Below are positions 48,545-59,507 of a DNA stretch of 64,000 nt, in pieces (the stretch's first letter is position 1; each line of letters begins with the position of its first letter). This DNA is from an uncultured virus (IMG/VR IMGVR_UViG_3300013004_000029) (taxonomy: Duplodnaviria; Heunggongvirae; Uroviricota; Caudoviricetes), in the IMG/VR virus record IMGVR_UViG_3300013004_000029, one strand, 5' to 3'. The position numbers and the translations under genes were made by a program. The notes under the pieces were generated by a model. That model was not told the origin of the DNA. It did not search any database and was given only the letters and a program-made list of their open reading frames with translations.

Positions 48545-50500
48545 TTATCCTAATCTTAAAAAGTTAAACTGTCCTGCCCTTGGTTGATAAATCCATTCAA
48601 CATTTCTTGTATAGCGTCCTTCTGAAGGATTCCAAGAATATGTATCAGATTTAACAAAAACATCTCCATTAAAAGGGCCTAAAGTATTAGTATAAACGCC
48701 TTTTGTTTGAGAATCTGGCAAGTTTGTACCAGTACCCAATCTTTGACCATATGGTTTCTGCCCCTCTATAATAGCTTCACAAGTCTGAAATATATATCCA
48801 CCTGTCCATACTGGACAGCTATTATTTTTCATATTAAAGGCTGCTGCTGTTGTTGGAGGAGGTATAATTAATTCTATATTGACACTTTTTGTACATGATG
48901 TTTTGGTGCCTAAATCTTGAATAACAGGACCAAGCGGCCTACCTAGAACAAAGATTTCGGCCATTTGATTAGCTGGACCAGTAGTATCTATACTAACACT
49001 TTCTGCTATCACACCACTAAAAATTTTAGTAGCATTATTATATTCATAAGTATATCCTATTGCTCCTTTAAGAGTGTCATGAGATTCTGAAGATGAAATT
49101 GGTATAATATTTAATAGGTTCTCTTTTCTGAACGCTGGATTTCCTGGTGGTGCAGTTCCTCCATTGTATCCTGGTGGAAAATAATCTTGTGTTCTATCAG
49201 GACTTCTAAGCGCCAAACAAGCCCTAGTATATAAACTAGGCTTAATATCATCTATCCAAGCATCTAGTGCATTGTTATATTTTTCTGATTTAAAAGCTTT
49301 ACCCCCAACACTACCAGATGAACCACTCTGTTTATATTTGGCAAGATCTATTTTTGCATCATCTAATTGAGGAATATTAGTATTTTGTGTTACAACATTA
49401 CTAACAGGAACATGTAGTCCTTTAATCATTCCTTGTACTTTTACTGTTTTGATAAATTTTTCATCTGTTGAGCTTTCTATAGTAAATTCTTCTGTGTGTC
49501 TAACCCCACTAGGTAATGCTAGCCAAGTATCATTTACTTCGTAAGATCCGTCAGTAATACTAAAACTAATATTTCTAGTATGATTACAAACAAATAAGTT
49601 AGTAAAACTACTTATGTTATAAGCAGAGGATACTTTGGTTGTATAATCTCCTTTACTATTATAGGATGTATTAAATGGTAGATCTAGTCTATCTTCTATC
49701 CACTTTTTAGCTTGCAAATAAGCATCATTTTCTCCTCTGTCTTCGTCAGCAGAAGATTGAGTATTAAATTCATGTCTAGAACTTTTATCATGGGAGATAA
49801 ATTTTTCTCCTCTGACTCCAACAGCAGCCAACTTTCTAGTTAATCTAAACTGTGGTAAGCCAGTAACCATCACATTATTCATTGATGTTGCAGATGATGG
49901 TTCTGTTTCTGATCTTTTTGCTACTGGTTTATTTAATGCCAAATATACCAATTCTCCTAAAGGTTCCAAAGACCATGATTCTGTTACGCTACTAACCCTA
50001 TAGTTGGATTTAGCGATAGATTCGTAGTAAGCAAAATCGATAGAGTAGTCTGCACTATAAACCCATTGATCTGGGGTTTTATCTATAGAATAGCTTACAA
50101 CTTTAGCATTTTTCCCAGCCTTATCTCCTAAAAGATTATTACCTCCATTATTCCCTCTAATTTCTAAATCTCCTACCCCTTTTCTTATGAGATCTTTAAG
50201 ATTTTTTTCTTTCACATCCAGAATATCAATTATTCCAGGAGTTCCACTGTTGTATATTTTTCCAGTTAAATTAATCTTATTATTAATACCAATATAAGAA
50301 CCGGCGCCGTCTTTAATAAATTCTCTTGTTATAGTCATTAACGGTGTTGGGCCAAGTTCCAAATCTTTATGGAAACCACTGCCACAAAAAAATACATCTA
50401 TTTTTTCATCTCTTGGAGATCCAGTGTTATCACTAGGATGAGATAATATAGTAACATTATTATTAGTATTATTTATATTAGATATTAATGGGCCAGGCAT
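48545..50500 (-). CDS. Virion structural protein, tandem paralog A
   Basis: Collinear with 50504..52339 across its full length. Confidence 0.75.
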   Translation of the reverse strand: MPGPLISNINNTNNNVTILSHPSDNTGSPRDEKIDVFFCGSGFHKDLELGPTPLMTITREFIKDGAGSYIGINNKINLTGKIYNSGTPGIIDILDVKEKNLKDLIRKGVGDLEIRGNNGGNNLLGDKAGKNAKVVSYSIDKTPDQWVYSADYSIDFAYYESIAKSNYRVSSVTESWSLEPLGELVYLALNKPVAKRSETEPSSATSMNNVMVTGLPQFRLTRKLAAVGVRGEKFISHDKSSRHEFNTQSSADEDRGENDAYLQAKKWIEDRLDLPFNTSYNSKGDYTTKVSSAYNISSFTNLFVCNHTRNISFSITDGSYEVNDTWLALPSGVRHTEEFTIESSTDEKFIKTVKVQGMIKGLHVPVSNVVTQNTNIPQLDDAKIDLAKYKQSGSSGSVGGKAFKSEKYNNALDAWIDDIKPSLYTRACLALRSPDRTQDYFPPGYNGGTAPPGNPAFRKENLLNIIPISSSESHDTLKGAIGYTYEYNNATKIFSGVIAESVSIDTTGPANQMAEIFVLGRPLGPVIQDLGTKTSCTKSVNIELIIPPPTTAAAFNMKNNSCPVWTGGYIFQTCEAIIEGQKPYGQRLGTGTNLPDSQTKGVYTNTLGPFNGDVFVKSDTYSWNPSEGRYTRNVEWIYQPRAGQFNFLRLG

Positions 50501-50503
50501 ATT

Positions 50504-52339
50504 TTACCTCATAAACTGATAAGGATGTCCATCTTTATAACAGGGCTGATACAGCCATTCTTTGTTTCTGGTATATCTTCCGTCTGTTGGACTCCAGCTA
50601 TATGTATCACTTTTAACAGAAACTATCATACCATTTCCTGATTCTTCTGTAGGTTGTTGTGCATCTATAAATTCTTCACATTTATTAAATACATAAGTTC
50701 CTATGCCAACTGGGCAACTAGGATCATCTAAAGAAAAACCAGCTATACTAGTTGGTGGAACCAAAACCAATTCCACTTCTATCTTCTTAGTTGTGCTTGT
50801 TTTTGTGCCTAAAGATTGTAATACTGGCCCAAGTGGACGGTTGAGAACAAAAAGTTCAGCAACACTGTCTGTTGGACCGGTGGTATTTATTCTGTATGAT
50901 TCGGAAATTACACCGCTAATTATTTTAACGATATTATTATATTCATAAGTATATGATACGGTTCCATTGAATAAGTCATGATTTTCTGATGTAGATATTG
51001 GAATATAGTTTAAAACATTCTCTGTTCTAAAAACAGGATTTCCAGGAGGTAACAAACCAGGAGTAGACGGATACCAAGGCTGTGTTCTATCTCTACTATT
51101 AATTGCTAAACAAGCTCTTTTGTATAGTGCCGGTTTAACGTCGTATATCCATCCTGAGAAAGCATTATTATATTTTTCTGGCATAATATCATTATAGGTT
51201 TCACCACCAACATTATATCCACTAAGATATATATTCCCATCCCCACTATACGGAACTTTTAAACTATCTTTCTCCATATATAAATTACCTTGAGTAATTT
51301 GTAAACCATTAATAGTTCCTTGTACTTTAACTGTTCTAATATTTTTATTATCTGTTGATGTTTCTATGGTAAAATCTTCTGTAAATTTAGCTGCCTTGTT
51401 TAAGGCTAACCAACTATCACTAACCTCATAAGAACCGTCCGTAATACTATAATTAATATTTCTGGTATGATTATATAAATATAAATCGCTAAAAGTACTA
51501 AACATACTACCAGAAGAAGCATCTGAATTGCTTAATAATACAGTATATCTCCCATCTGTATTATCGGTTTTATTAAAAGGAAGTTTTAATCTATCGTCTA
51601 CCCATTTTTTTGCTTGAAGATATGCATCATCACTAGGTTTCTGTGTGGTATTTCTAAAATTATATTCAGAATCGTTATTTCTATTTTTGTCAAAATGCGA
51701 ATAAAAACCATTTTTAGGCACACCAACAGCAGATAGTTTTCTGGTGACTCTAAATTGTGGAACTCCTTCTATTTGAGACTGGCCCCCATTTGAATCTGGG
51801 TCTGGATCAGATGCTGGGGTTTGTATAATAGTATAAATATAGTCTTCTAGCGGTTCTATCGACCATCCTTCACTAATACTTGTAACTCTATATTCTGGAT
51901 TTCCTTCTCCGGGAGCGCGTACAGATTCATAAAATTCAAGGTCTACAGAATATCCCATACTCATGACCCAGTTATTATCAGACTTTTCTGTAGAATATGA
52001 TAAAACTTTAGCGTTTATTCCGCTAAATATAACACTACCCTCTTTGATGATTTCAAAATCACCAGCACCATAAGAGAATAGATCTCTTAATCTTTTTTCT
52101 CTCTTAAGAAGTTCTGTAAAACCAAGTTGAGTACCACTAGGTCTAATTTGTCCTGATAAATTAATTTTTGTATTAACGCCGATTATAGTTCCAGCACCAT
52201 CTTGCAAAAAATCCCTATTGATAGAGACTAGTGGAGCAGCACCTAGCTTGAGGTCTGCATTTAATCCGCTATGTGCGAATCTAACGTCTATACACGCTGA
52301 ATTTTGACCTGTTCTTGGGTTTACAATCGGTCCTGGCAT
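50504..52339 (-). CDS. Virion structural protein, tandem paralog B
   Basis: Collinear with 48545..50500; GAGG SD. Confidence 0.75.
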   Translation of the reverse strand: MPGPIVNPRTGQNSACIDVRFAHSGLNADLKLGAAPLVSINRDFLQDGAGTIIGVNTKINLSGQIRPSGTQLGFTELLKREKRLRDLFSYGAGDFEIIKEGSVIFSGINAKVLSYSTEKSDNNWVMSMGYSVDLEFYESVRAPGEGNPEYRVTSISEGWSIEPLEDYIYTIIQTPASDPDPDSNGGQSQIEGVPQFRVTRKLSAVGVPKNGFYSHFDKNRNNDSEYNFRNTTQKPSDDAYLQAKKWVDDRLKLPFNKTDNTDGRYTVLLSNSDASSGSMFSTFSDLYLYNHTRNINYSITDGSYEVSDSWLALNKAAKFTEDFTIETSTDNKNIRTVKVQGTINGLQITQGNLYMEKDSLKVPYSGDGNIYLSGYNVGGETYNDIMPEKYNNAFSGWIYDVKPALYKRACLAINSRDRTQPWYPSTPGLLPPGNPVFRTENVLNYIPISTSENHDLFNGTVSYTYEYNNIVKIISGVISESYRINTTGPTDSVAELFVLNRPLGPVLQSLGTKTSTTKKIEVELVLVPPTSIAGFSLDDPSCPVGIGTYVFNKCEEFIDAQQPTEESGNGMIVSVKSDTYSWSPTDGRYTRNKEWLYQPCYKDGHPYQFMR

Positions 52340-52375
52340 CTGTTTCCTCTATCTTAATTTGTTTATAGTCTTATT

Positions 52376-53239
52376 TTAAATACCTTTTCCTAATAAAATT
52401 TGACTCTTAAAAGAAATATTAGTTCCAGGAACAACAGCACTATCTGTAACAGTTCCGTCACCCTTAATGAAAACAGCATAATCATAATCTGGAGGTACCA
52501 CAACACTTTGACCTGTAACACCATAATATACCCTAACAGGATAAGTAGTCCTATCAGTAAAGTAATCTTCTAGCGTAATAGTTTGACCTAAAGGAGATGT
52601 ATATGTAGTAATATTAGATGGTAATATCTCCAAAGATATTGATGTTGGAGTAGGTGTAAGTGTTGGAGTTTGAGTGAGTGTTGGAGTAGGAGTAAGTGTA
52701 GGAGTATTGCTTGGATACGGAGTAGGAATTGGCATACTTTTTTCATTACATCCAAACGCTACAAAAAAGGTTAAATTTTTTACTACATTACCTAAAATAG
52801 GTTTAATAACCGCATCCTTACCACCACCTCCTGTAATAGTAACAGTTGGCATACTGGTATAGCCGCTACCTGGATCTATCAGATTTATAGCAGTAATAGT
52901 TTTTGTTTTAACATTATTGGCGAAAGTTTTTTCTGTGAGAGTAACTGTAGCCCTAGCATTTGTAGACGCTCCTCCGCCCGTTATAGTTATGGTTGGAGTA
53001 GAAGTATAGTTGAGTCCACCATTGATAATTTTAAATCCTACAACCTGTGCTTGTGCTATAAACGAGTATTTTGCAGGAAAAACTTGGGCTCTATATGTTG
53101 GGGTATCATCAAACGATACATAATACTTTTGTCCCAATTCTAAGTCTCTACAAACAACATTTATAAGATTTGGACAACAGCAATTGGTAAAATTGATTAC
53201 TTTGCTATTAGTAATGAAATTAACTTTAAAATTAGCCAT
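52376..53239 (-). CDS. Virion protein with GSGYT-type repeats and PT linker
   Basis: INGGLNYTSTPTITITGGG and IDPGSGYTSMPTVTITGGGG repeats. Confidence 0.7.
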   Translation of the reverse strand: MANFKVNFITNSKVINFTNCCCPNLINVVCRDLELGQKYYVSFDDTPTYRAQVFPAKYSFIAQAQVVGFKIINGGLNYTSTPTITITGGGASTNARATVTLTEKTFANNVKTKTITAINLIDPGSGYTSMPTVTITGGGGKDAVIKPILGNVVKNLTFFVAFGCNEKSMPIPTPYPSNTPTLTPTPTLTQTPTLTPTPTSISLEILPSNITTYTSPLGQTITLEDYFTDRTTYPVRVYYGVTGQSVVVPPDYDYAVFIKGDGTVTDSAVVPGTNISFKSQILLGKGI

Positions 53240-53263
53240 AATTATATATTCCTTAATTGTTCA

Positions 53264-53277
53264 AAGTATTATACACC
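53264..53277 (-). promoter_or_regulatory. Putative late promoter motif GGTGTATAATACTT
   Basis: Recurrent motif on the - strand in the intergenic gap before ORF 53239. Confidence 0.55.
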
Positions 53278-53281
53278 GTAC

Positions 53282-56200
53282 TTATCTTCCCTCTCTAGCA
53301 GCTGTTTCTTCTGCTATACAAGCACAATTCAGACCAACAGCATTTCTTTCGGCATCTGTGAAGACAATTTGTTGACCATCAATATCCCATGAATTCCTGG
53401 GACTAGGACTATTAGTAGGAGTCATTGTTTGAGTCTGAGTAGGAGTGGGTGTCGGAGTTCTGGTATTTGTTGGAGTTGCCGACACTGTTCTTGTGGGTGT
53501 TCTAGTTGGGGTTGGCTGAGGTGTTCTGGTAGATGTTATAGTGGGAGTTAGTGTTGGTGTTTGACTAATAGTTGGTGTTAAAGTTGGAGTTTCGCTAATT
53601 GTTAAAGTTGGCGTTCTAGTGTTAGTAGGACTGACAGTATTTGTTGGACTGAGACTTATTGTTGGAGTATTAGATGGAGTAATACTCATCGTGGGTGTTT
53701 GTGTCGGTGTTGGAGTTGGGCTTGGTGGAGGAGGTGGTTGAACCCATTCTGATTGAGGAACTAGATTATTAATTACTGTACTAATTAAAGATGTAGGATC
53801 AATAGATAGATTAACAACAGCATTCTGTTCCAAATCATATATTGCTAAACTCTTATATGAATAAAAGCTATTTCCATTAGGTATATATCCACCGATAATC
53901 AATCGATTATTATTAATGATAATATCAGAAATATAAGAATTGTTTATGTCAAATAGTGTGGTAGCGCCGGTAAAATTATTATTTTCAGCATTTATATAAT
54001 ACTTAAACGGAAGAGTAAAAGGATATCTATTGGATGTTCCTATATAACCAGAATATGGAAGTCCGTATAGTTCGCCATTTTGGTCCAAAGCATAATACTG
54101 ATTAGTAAAATTCCATTTTTTGGTTTTTGTAATATAGTCGTATTTAACTGGTGCTCCAGTATCTATTCTCAAACTATCAGAAGAATCTATAGAACAAAGG
54201 CGGATATTCGTCAAATTTGATGAGTTGGAATTGATACCTCCGAGGATACTGACACCACCAACACTATTAATAGTCCAATAAGGCTTATTATTGAATCTAA
54301 ACTTGATTACCAATTGTTTTGACTGATTGCTGTTTAGATTTAGCTCGTATGCATTTCCAGCAGCCAGCGTTTTTGCTTGAGGTATTGGTAAATTGATTAC
54401 ATACGATGGTACTTCAGATGTTTTGAGCCATGTGGATGTTCTAATTTGACCTAGAGAGTTTTCATTCGTTTCATCATTAAGAAAATTCTTATGCCATATA
54501 GAAGAATATGACTTGTCATTAATAACATATGTATAGGCTACAAAACTACTAACAAAAATTAAATTAGCATTAATAGACTTATTGAGCAAACTATATATAT
54601 TGCTTTGAACGCCTGTGGAATTTGATAATATAGAAAAGTTAAAGTTATATATTTGATTATACCAGCAACTATCATGGGATATTGACGTATATTTACCGGG
54701 ATCTCCTGTGACAGGGGTTTGATCATTAGTGAATGCTGGACAACCTATCAAAACGGCTTTTCCTGGTTCAGAAGGTTTTGGTACCGGCCTAATATTATCT
54801 ATATCAAATAGTCCTGTATGTGTTTCAGAATTACCAGAAACTGTTCTAGTAATAGGATATGAGGATGTTCCTTCTGGACCTCCCCAAAAGAATAGTAGTC
54901 CAGTTTTATCAATAGCATACACACCAACAGGAGATGGACTAATACTACTCCAAAAACTACCCATCTCATCCGCTACACTACTGACTCCTGTTCTGTTGAT
55001 TGGGGTATCATTCGTTCCAATAGGTATTTCTATCTGTACAGGTAGAACAGCATTACCAGCTACTCCAGGAATCAATTGTCCACCTAAATCGGTAGTGCTT
55101 TGTCCCCAAGCAAATAGCGTGTCATCATCTTTTAATGCGTAGTAGGTATTGTCACAAACGTATAGTTTTTTATATCCAGACCCAAAAACTTTCACCGGAG
55201 AATCTATTGTTGATCCAATAGGAATATCTGGACCTAATTGTCCATGACTATTTTTCCCCCAAATATAAATTTCTCCAGAATTTGTTAGTATCGCTACAGT
55301 ATCTAAGCCCATTACCGCATCTGATATTCTGCCATTAAGTTTTAGTGGACCATAATCTAAATTATATCTTACAAATAGCTTATATTGTGTTTCTTGAGAA
55401 AGTGGCACATAATATGCTGCATTAATATTGGTTTCTACCCAAGGTGATTTCAAAGCCCATAGATTATTATTTGTGTCTATTAAAATTGCAGATTTAGTTT
55501 GTTCATATGTTCCATTTTGTATAGAAATTCCATTATGAATTTTTCTAAAACTTACATCATTTTGTTTCAAAAATTTAGTGCATTTATTGCTTGCGGCTGA
55601 TGATGTAGAGTTGGATTCTACGTTGTAATTAGTAAATACGTCTCCTATTACAGATGCATAAGTAGTACCAAGAAATATTTCGTTACCTCTAGAAATTTCT
55701 GATGTTTCTAAGTTAATAGAAGAAAATATATTTTGTTGATATTCTGATCCTGTTTTTTTAACAGCAGATGTGATGTAGAGAGTATTGTCTATTTGATAAT
55801 CGTTCAGTACCTGTCCATTAATTTTTTTTGTAGCAACGGTTGAGGAACCATCTAATAAATAATAAATTAGCGTTGTTCCATCATTAGCTATATCTGCACC
55901 GGCATCTGTTCTTACAATATCCTGTAGCGTTGATTTTCCAGTAAATATGCCTTTATCTAAAATATAAATATTGTTGTTATATACGTAGAAAGAAAAAATA
56001 TTATCATTTAATGCAAAGTTAGTTGTTGATTTGCTCAATAGTCCATAATTAGATAAGTTGATAATCGGCAGACTGTTCGCGCCCGCTACTGGTTCAAAAA
56101 AGGATCCATTGTATATAACTAGATATCTTGAAGTAACTGAGGATGCAGAATTACCAACAAGGCTATCTACAAAATTACCAAAGATATAAAGTTTACCATT

Positions 56201-56539
56201 ATAAACTTTCATACCAAGTACGCTATTAGGAAATAATCCTTTATTAATTAGACTACTAATTCCGCCAGTAAATGTTGCATATTTTTCCCATCTTCTAGTA
56301 GATACATTCCATTTTTTAAGTCCAAAATCTCCGCCAGCCAATACTTCACCACTATATACTATAACACTATATATTCTCTTAGCTGCATATTGAACACCAC
56401 CCACAGTTATAGTCTCTGCTAAACCATTAAGGTTGATATCATCTATTTGATTTCTTGTATTCAGAATATGTAAATTCTGTCTACCATTTGAAATCATGTA
56501 TACTAAGCTATTGTCTACTACTGGATCTACTAGTGCCAT
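53282..56539 (-). CDS. Beta-propeller/RCC1-repeat virion protein with C-terminal PT tract
   Basis: YNGKLYIFGNF, GEIYIWGKNSHGQLG, LFAWG, LFFWG; long TPT tail. Confidence 0.75.
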   Translation of the reverse strand: MALVDPVVDNSLVYMISNGRQNLHILNTRNQIDDINLNGLAETITVGGVQYAAKRIYSVIVYSGEVLAGGDFGLKKWNVSTRRWEKYATFTGGISSLINKGLFPNSVLGMKVYNGKLYIFGNFVDSLVGNSASSVTSRYLVIYNGSFFEPVAGANSLPIINLSNYGLLSKSTTNFALNDNIFSFYVYNNNIYILDKGIFTGKSTLQDIVRTDAGADIANDGTTLIYYLLDGSSTVATKKINGQVLNDYQIDNTLYITSAVKKTGSEYQQNIFSSINLETSEISRGNEIFLGTTYASVIGDVFTNYNVESNSTSSAASNKCTKFLKQNDVSFRKIHNGISIQNGTYEQTKSAILIDTNNNLWALKSPWVETNINAAYYVPLSQETQYKLFVRYNLDYGPLKLNGRISDAVMGLDTVAILTNSGEIYIWGKNSHGQLGPDIPIGSTIDSPVKVFGSGYKKLYVCDNTYYALKDDDTLFAWGQSTTDLGGQLIPGVAGNAVLPVQIEIPIGTNDTPINRTGVSSVADEMGSFWSSISPSPVGVYAIDKTGLLFFWGGPEGTSSYPITRTVSGNSETHTGLFDIDNIRPVPKPSEPGKAVLIGCPAFTNDQTPVTGDPGKYTSISHDSCWYNQIYNFNFSILSNSTGVQSNIYSLLNKSINANLIFVSSFVAYTYVINDKSYSSIWHKNFLNDETNENSLGQIRTSTWLKTSEVPSYVINLPIPQAKTLAAGNAYELNLNSNQSKQLVIKFRFNNKPYWTINSVGGVSILGGINSNSSNLTNIRLCSIDSSDSLRIDTGAPVKYDYITKTKKWNFTNQYYALDQNGELYGLPYSGYIGTSNRYPFTLPFKYYINAENNNFTGATTLFDINNSYISDIIINNNRLIIGGYIPNGNSFYSYKSLAIYDLEQNAVVNLSIDPTSLISTVINNLVPQSEWVQPPPPPSPTPTPTQTPTMSITPSNTPTISLSPTNTVSPTNTRTPTLTISETPTLTPTISQTPTLTPTITSTRTPQPTPTRTPTRTVSATPTNTRTPTPTPTQTQTMTPTNSPSPRNSWDIDGQQIVFTDAERNAVGLNCACIAEETAAREGR

Positions 56540-56549
56540 ATAATTAATC

Positions 56550-59270
56550 CTATACTATAAATGATAGTGCTGTAAAATCATACACTTCCACAGGCGGAGA
56601 TGCGCTGGGTGATACCGGTGGTGGTGTTTGTGACGGTGTTGGTGGTGGTGTAACTGGTAAAACATCTATAATCTTGAATAGGAATATCGGTTGTGTTGGA
56701 GTTGGGGTTGGAGTTTGAGTACTGGTTCTTGTTGGTGTTGCTGTTGGTGTTGGAGTTCTTGTTGTTGTTGCCGATTGTGATGGTGGTGGAGGTGTTGGAG
56801 GTGGCGTATCACTAATACTTGGTGTGATAGTCGGAGTTGAGGTATTAGTAGGAGTGGGTGTTGGGGTTTGAGTGGTTAACTCTTGGAATATATAATCCCC
56901 AGCTATAGCTCCATTTAAATTACCCTTAGCCGATATATCTATCCAATTACCTCCCCAAATTAATGTTGGTATATTAAAGTCGTTTTGAACAAAACCAAAC
57001 TGGTAATCTTGTCCAGATCCCCAACCATATAATACCCCAATAGTGTTTATTGCCAACGAATGTCTGCTTCCAGCGGCTACTTTAACCCAATTTTGATAAG
57101 TATCTTTTGTTATTAATCTATCATATACAGAATCATTATCTCCTGTACCTAATTGACCATAATCATTATTTCCAAAAACCCATAAAGATCCGTCTTGTTT
57201 AATAACTAATAAATGACTATCTCCAGCATCTATACTCCTATAATTTTCTATATTATGATCTATAATTTGTGGAGTATGATTAAATGATAATACATCTGAT
57301 GCTACTTTTCCTCTGAGTACATATAGTGCTGTGTCATTAGGCTTGATTCCAAAGGTATGGGTTTCGTTAGTAAAAATCTTAATCCAGTTTTCATTATTAT
57401 ATTTGGTAAACTTACTAAAACTATACCCATCTATACTTCCGCAAACATACAAAGAACCAAAATTATCTATAACAAAAGCGTGTGTTTTGGCACAAGATAC
57501 GTCTAAGAAATAAAATGTATTATCTAGTATAAGTTGAGTTGGTAGAGGTAATTGATTGTATGTGGAGTCTAATTGACCAAAACGGTTTGATCCCCATCTA
57601 TAAACTTCATTGTCATTATTGAGCAGATATGTGAAGTCATCACCTATGGATACATTTTTCCATCTACTATTAATAGTACTTATTACAGTATTAAGTTTAT
57701 TTAATTGTTTAATATTATCTGAAAAAGGAAGACCTAGCTGAGAAGAACGATTGTCTTTAATTGGGAATAATATCTTGTCTTGTCTTGATGCGATCAGGTG
57801 GTTTAAGCCTGTGAATATGTTGGTGAATGATAAATTGATACCAACGAAGTTGTTATCTTGGTCTATTTGAACAGGATTAATTATTTGTTCATCATTATAG
57901 CCATTTGTTCCCCAAACATAAACGTATCCAGATTTAATAGGAGGCGCTGAAACGGATGGTGTTATGGTTTGTGTTGGTGTGGGAGTAGGAGTTAACGTAC
58001 TATCTGGTGTTTGCGTCGGCGTAGGTGTTGGTTTTTCAGTATCCACTGTTATATTAAGATGTGTTAATCTCACAGGAGTTGCTTCATATGTATCTAAAAA
58101 TTCAAAATCATCCAAATTAAAATATGGAGATATAACAGAGGATCTATTTAAATTATTGGCTAGTACAATAGCATCATTCACCCAGTTATCGTCAAGAGAA
58201 TCCAAATATGAATTCCAATTTCGAGAAAATAAATGTACAACTCTTTGTTTTTGTGTTTTATCTTGAGGATTAACTAGATATAATCCTCCATCAACAATAG
58301 TGGGATCTTTTGGAGGTATGAGGTTTTCATTGATATTGTAAAAATATGCAGGAGAATTAAATGTAACATTTTTTAAAAATATATTAGAGGTATTAGTACT
58401 ATCTGTAGATATTAATTCTAAATATCCAAATAGAGCACCATATGTTTGAGCAGACTTGGATACTGTCAGACTACTATTTGTATCGATATTTATTAGTGAG
58501 TTATTAGAAGAAATATTTAGTGGATTATATCTTGATCTAGTATAATTTTGAAAATTAGTTAAAATATTTTCTTTAAAAATTAAGTTATTTCTACCATTAA
58601 GTGATGGATCTGTTAATCTAAAGGTGGTGGTATCTATGTTATAGAGTTCTGGCTCATAACCCCAATTCCTAATAATACCATCTTGAGACTGGTGATATTC
58701 AGCAGAAATATTGATATTGGGTTCTATAGAAGATCCTATTGCTTGTTTTTTCTGTGGTCTTGGTCCATAGAATCTAATTTCTTTAACATAATATATAGTA
58801 GACGGTAAATTAACTGTAATTTTATTAGTATCAGAATAAATAAAATCGGTAATACTTATTTTTATTTCGGTACCATCATATAGATATAAAGATAAATATG
58901 AGGATTTATCTGTTGGTAAACTACTCTGTGCTTTTCCTTCAACATTATAAATATCAGAAAAAATATCGGCATTGATTTCTATATCAATAATATTTGTTAA
59001 TTCATCAAAAGGTATTTTGATATATTGTCTACTTTCATCTAATATATCATTATCTTCAAATATACCATTATAATCCTGAATAATATCTCCTACTATCTCG
59101 CCTCCACCAGCCGGTTTGGAAACAACATTTATTGTATTATTAAATAATACTTTATTATTATTGATATTTTTATATCTAACAATATCACCGATAGATAATT
59201 TTTTATTAGTGATACTGTCGATATAATATCCATATGTCCAGCTATAAATTTGAAGATTATTGGTGATCAT
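56550..59270 (-). CDS. RCC1-repeat virion protein with PT linkers
   Basis: VYRWGSNRFGQL, LWVFGNNDYGQLGTGD, VAAGSRHSLAI...LYGWG. Confidence 0.8.
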   Translation of the reverse strand: MITNNLQIYSWTYGYYIDSITNKKLSIGDIVRYKNINNNKVLFNNTINVVSKPAGGGEIVGDIIQDYNGIFEDNDILDESRQYIKIPFDELTNIIDIEINADIFSDIYNVEGKAQSSLPTDKSSYLSLYLYDGTEIKISITDFIYSDTNKITVNLPSTIYYVKEIRFYGPRPQKKQAIGSSIEPNINISAEYHQSQDGIIRNWGYEPELYNIDTTTFRLTDPSLNGRNNLIFKENILTNFQNYTRSRYNPLNISSNNSLINIDTNSSLTVSKSAQTYGALFGYLELISTDSTNTSNIFLKNVTFNSPAYFYNINENLIPPKDPTIVDGGLYLVNPQDKTQKQRVVHLFSRNWNSYLDSLDDNWVNDAIVLANNLNRSSVISPYFNLDDFEFLDTYEATPVRLTHLNITVDTEKPTPTPTQTPDSTLTPTPTPTQTITPSVSAPPIKSGYVYVWGTNGYNDEQIINPVQIDQDNNFVGINLSFTNIFTGLNHLIASRQDKILFPIKDNRSSQLGLPFSDNIKQLNKLNTVISTINSRWKNVSIGDDFTYLLNNDNEVYRWGSNRFGQLDSTYNQLPLPTQLILDNTFYFLDVSCAKTHAFVIDNFGSLYVCGSIDGYSFSKFTKYNNENWIKIFTNETHTFGIKPNDTALYVLRGKVASDVLSFNHTPQIIDHNIENYRSIDAGDSHLLVIKQDGSLWVFGNNDYGQLGTGDNDSVYDRLITKDTYQNWVKVAAGSRHSLAINTIGVLYGWGSGQDYQFGFVQNDFNIPTLIWGGNWIDISAKGNLNGAIAGDYIFQELTTQTPTPTPTNTSTPTITPSISDTPPPTPPPPSQSATTTRTPTPTATPTRTSTQTPTPTPTQPIFLFKIIDVLPVTPPPTPSQTPPPVSPSASPPVEVYDFTALSFIV

Positions 59271-59271
59271 A

Positions 59272-59496
59272 TTATGTAGACAAAGGTGGAGAGTCTCTAG
59301 ACGGACTGAAAGTTACAGGATTGATGTTCTCTGCTAGTTCTATAGCAAAAGCTGGTTTATTAATTGAGAATAAATAGTATGATGCTGTTGAAAAGATGTT
59401 GTTTTTTCTTTCCGTCAATGAACTATCGTTAATGTTCATACTACTGACAACTAGTTTATCTGCAACATCAGACAATGATATATTTTTAATAGCCAT
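59272..59496 (-). CDS. Small hypothetical protein
   Basis: Start re-assigned to ATG (MAIKNISL) after AAAGGA. Confidence 0.55.
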   Translation of the reverse strand: MAIKNISLSDVADKLVVSSMNINDSSLTERKNNIFSTASYYLFSINKPAFAIELAENINPVTFSPSRDSPPLST

Positions 59497-59507
59497 AAAA
59501 TGTCCTT

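Noticed and set aside
48545..52339. Diversity-generating retroelement template/variable repeat pair
   Set aside because: Divergence spans whole genes and is not adenine-specific; no reverse transcriptase in the window
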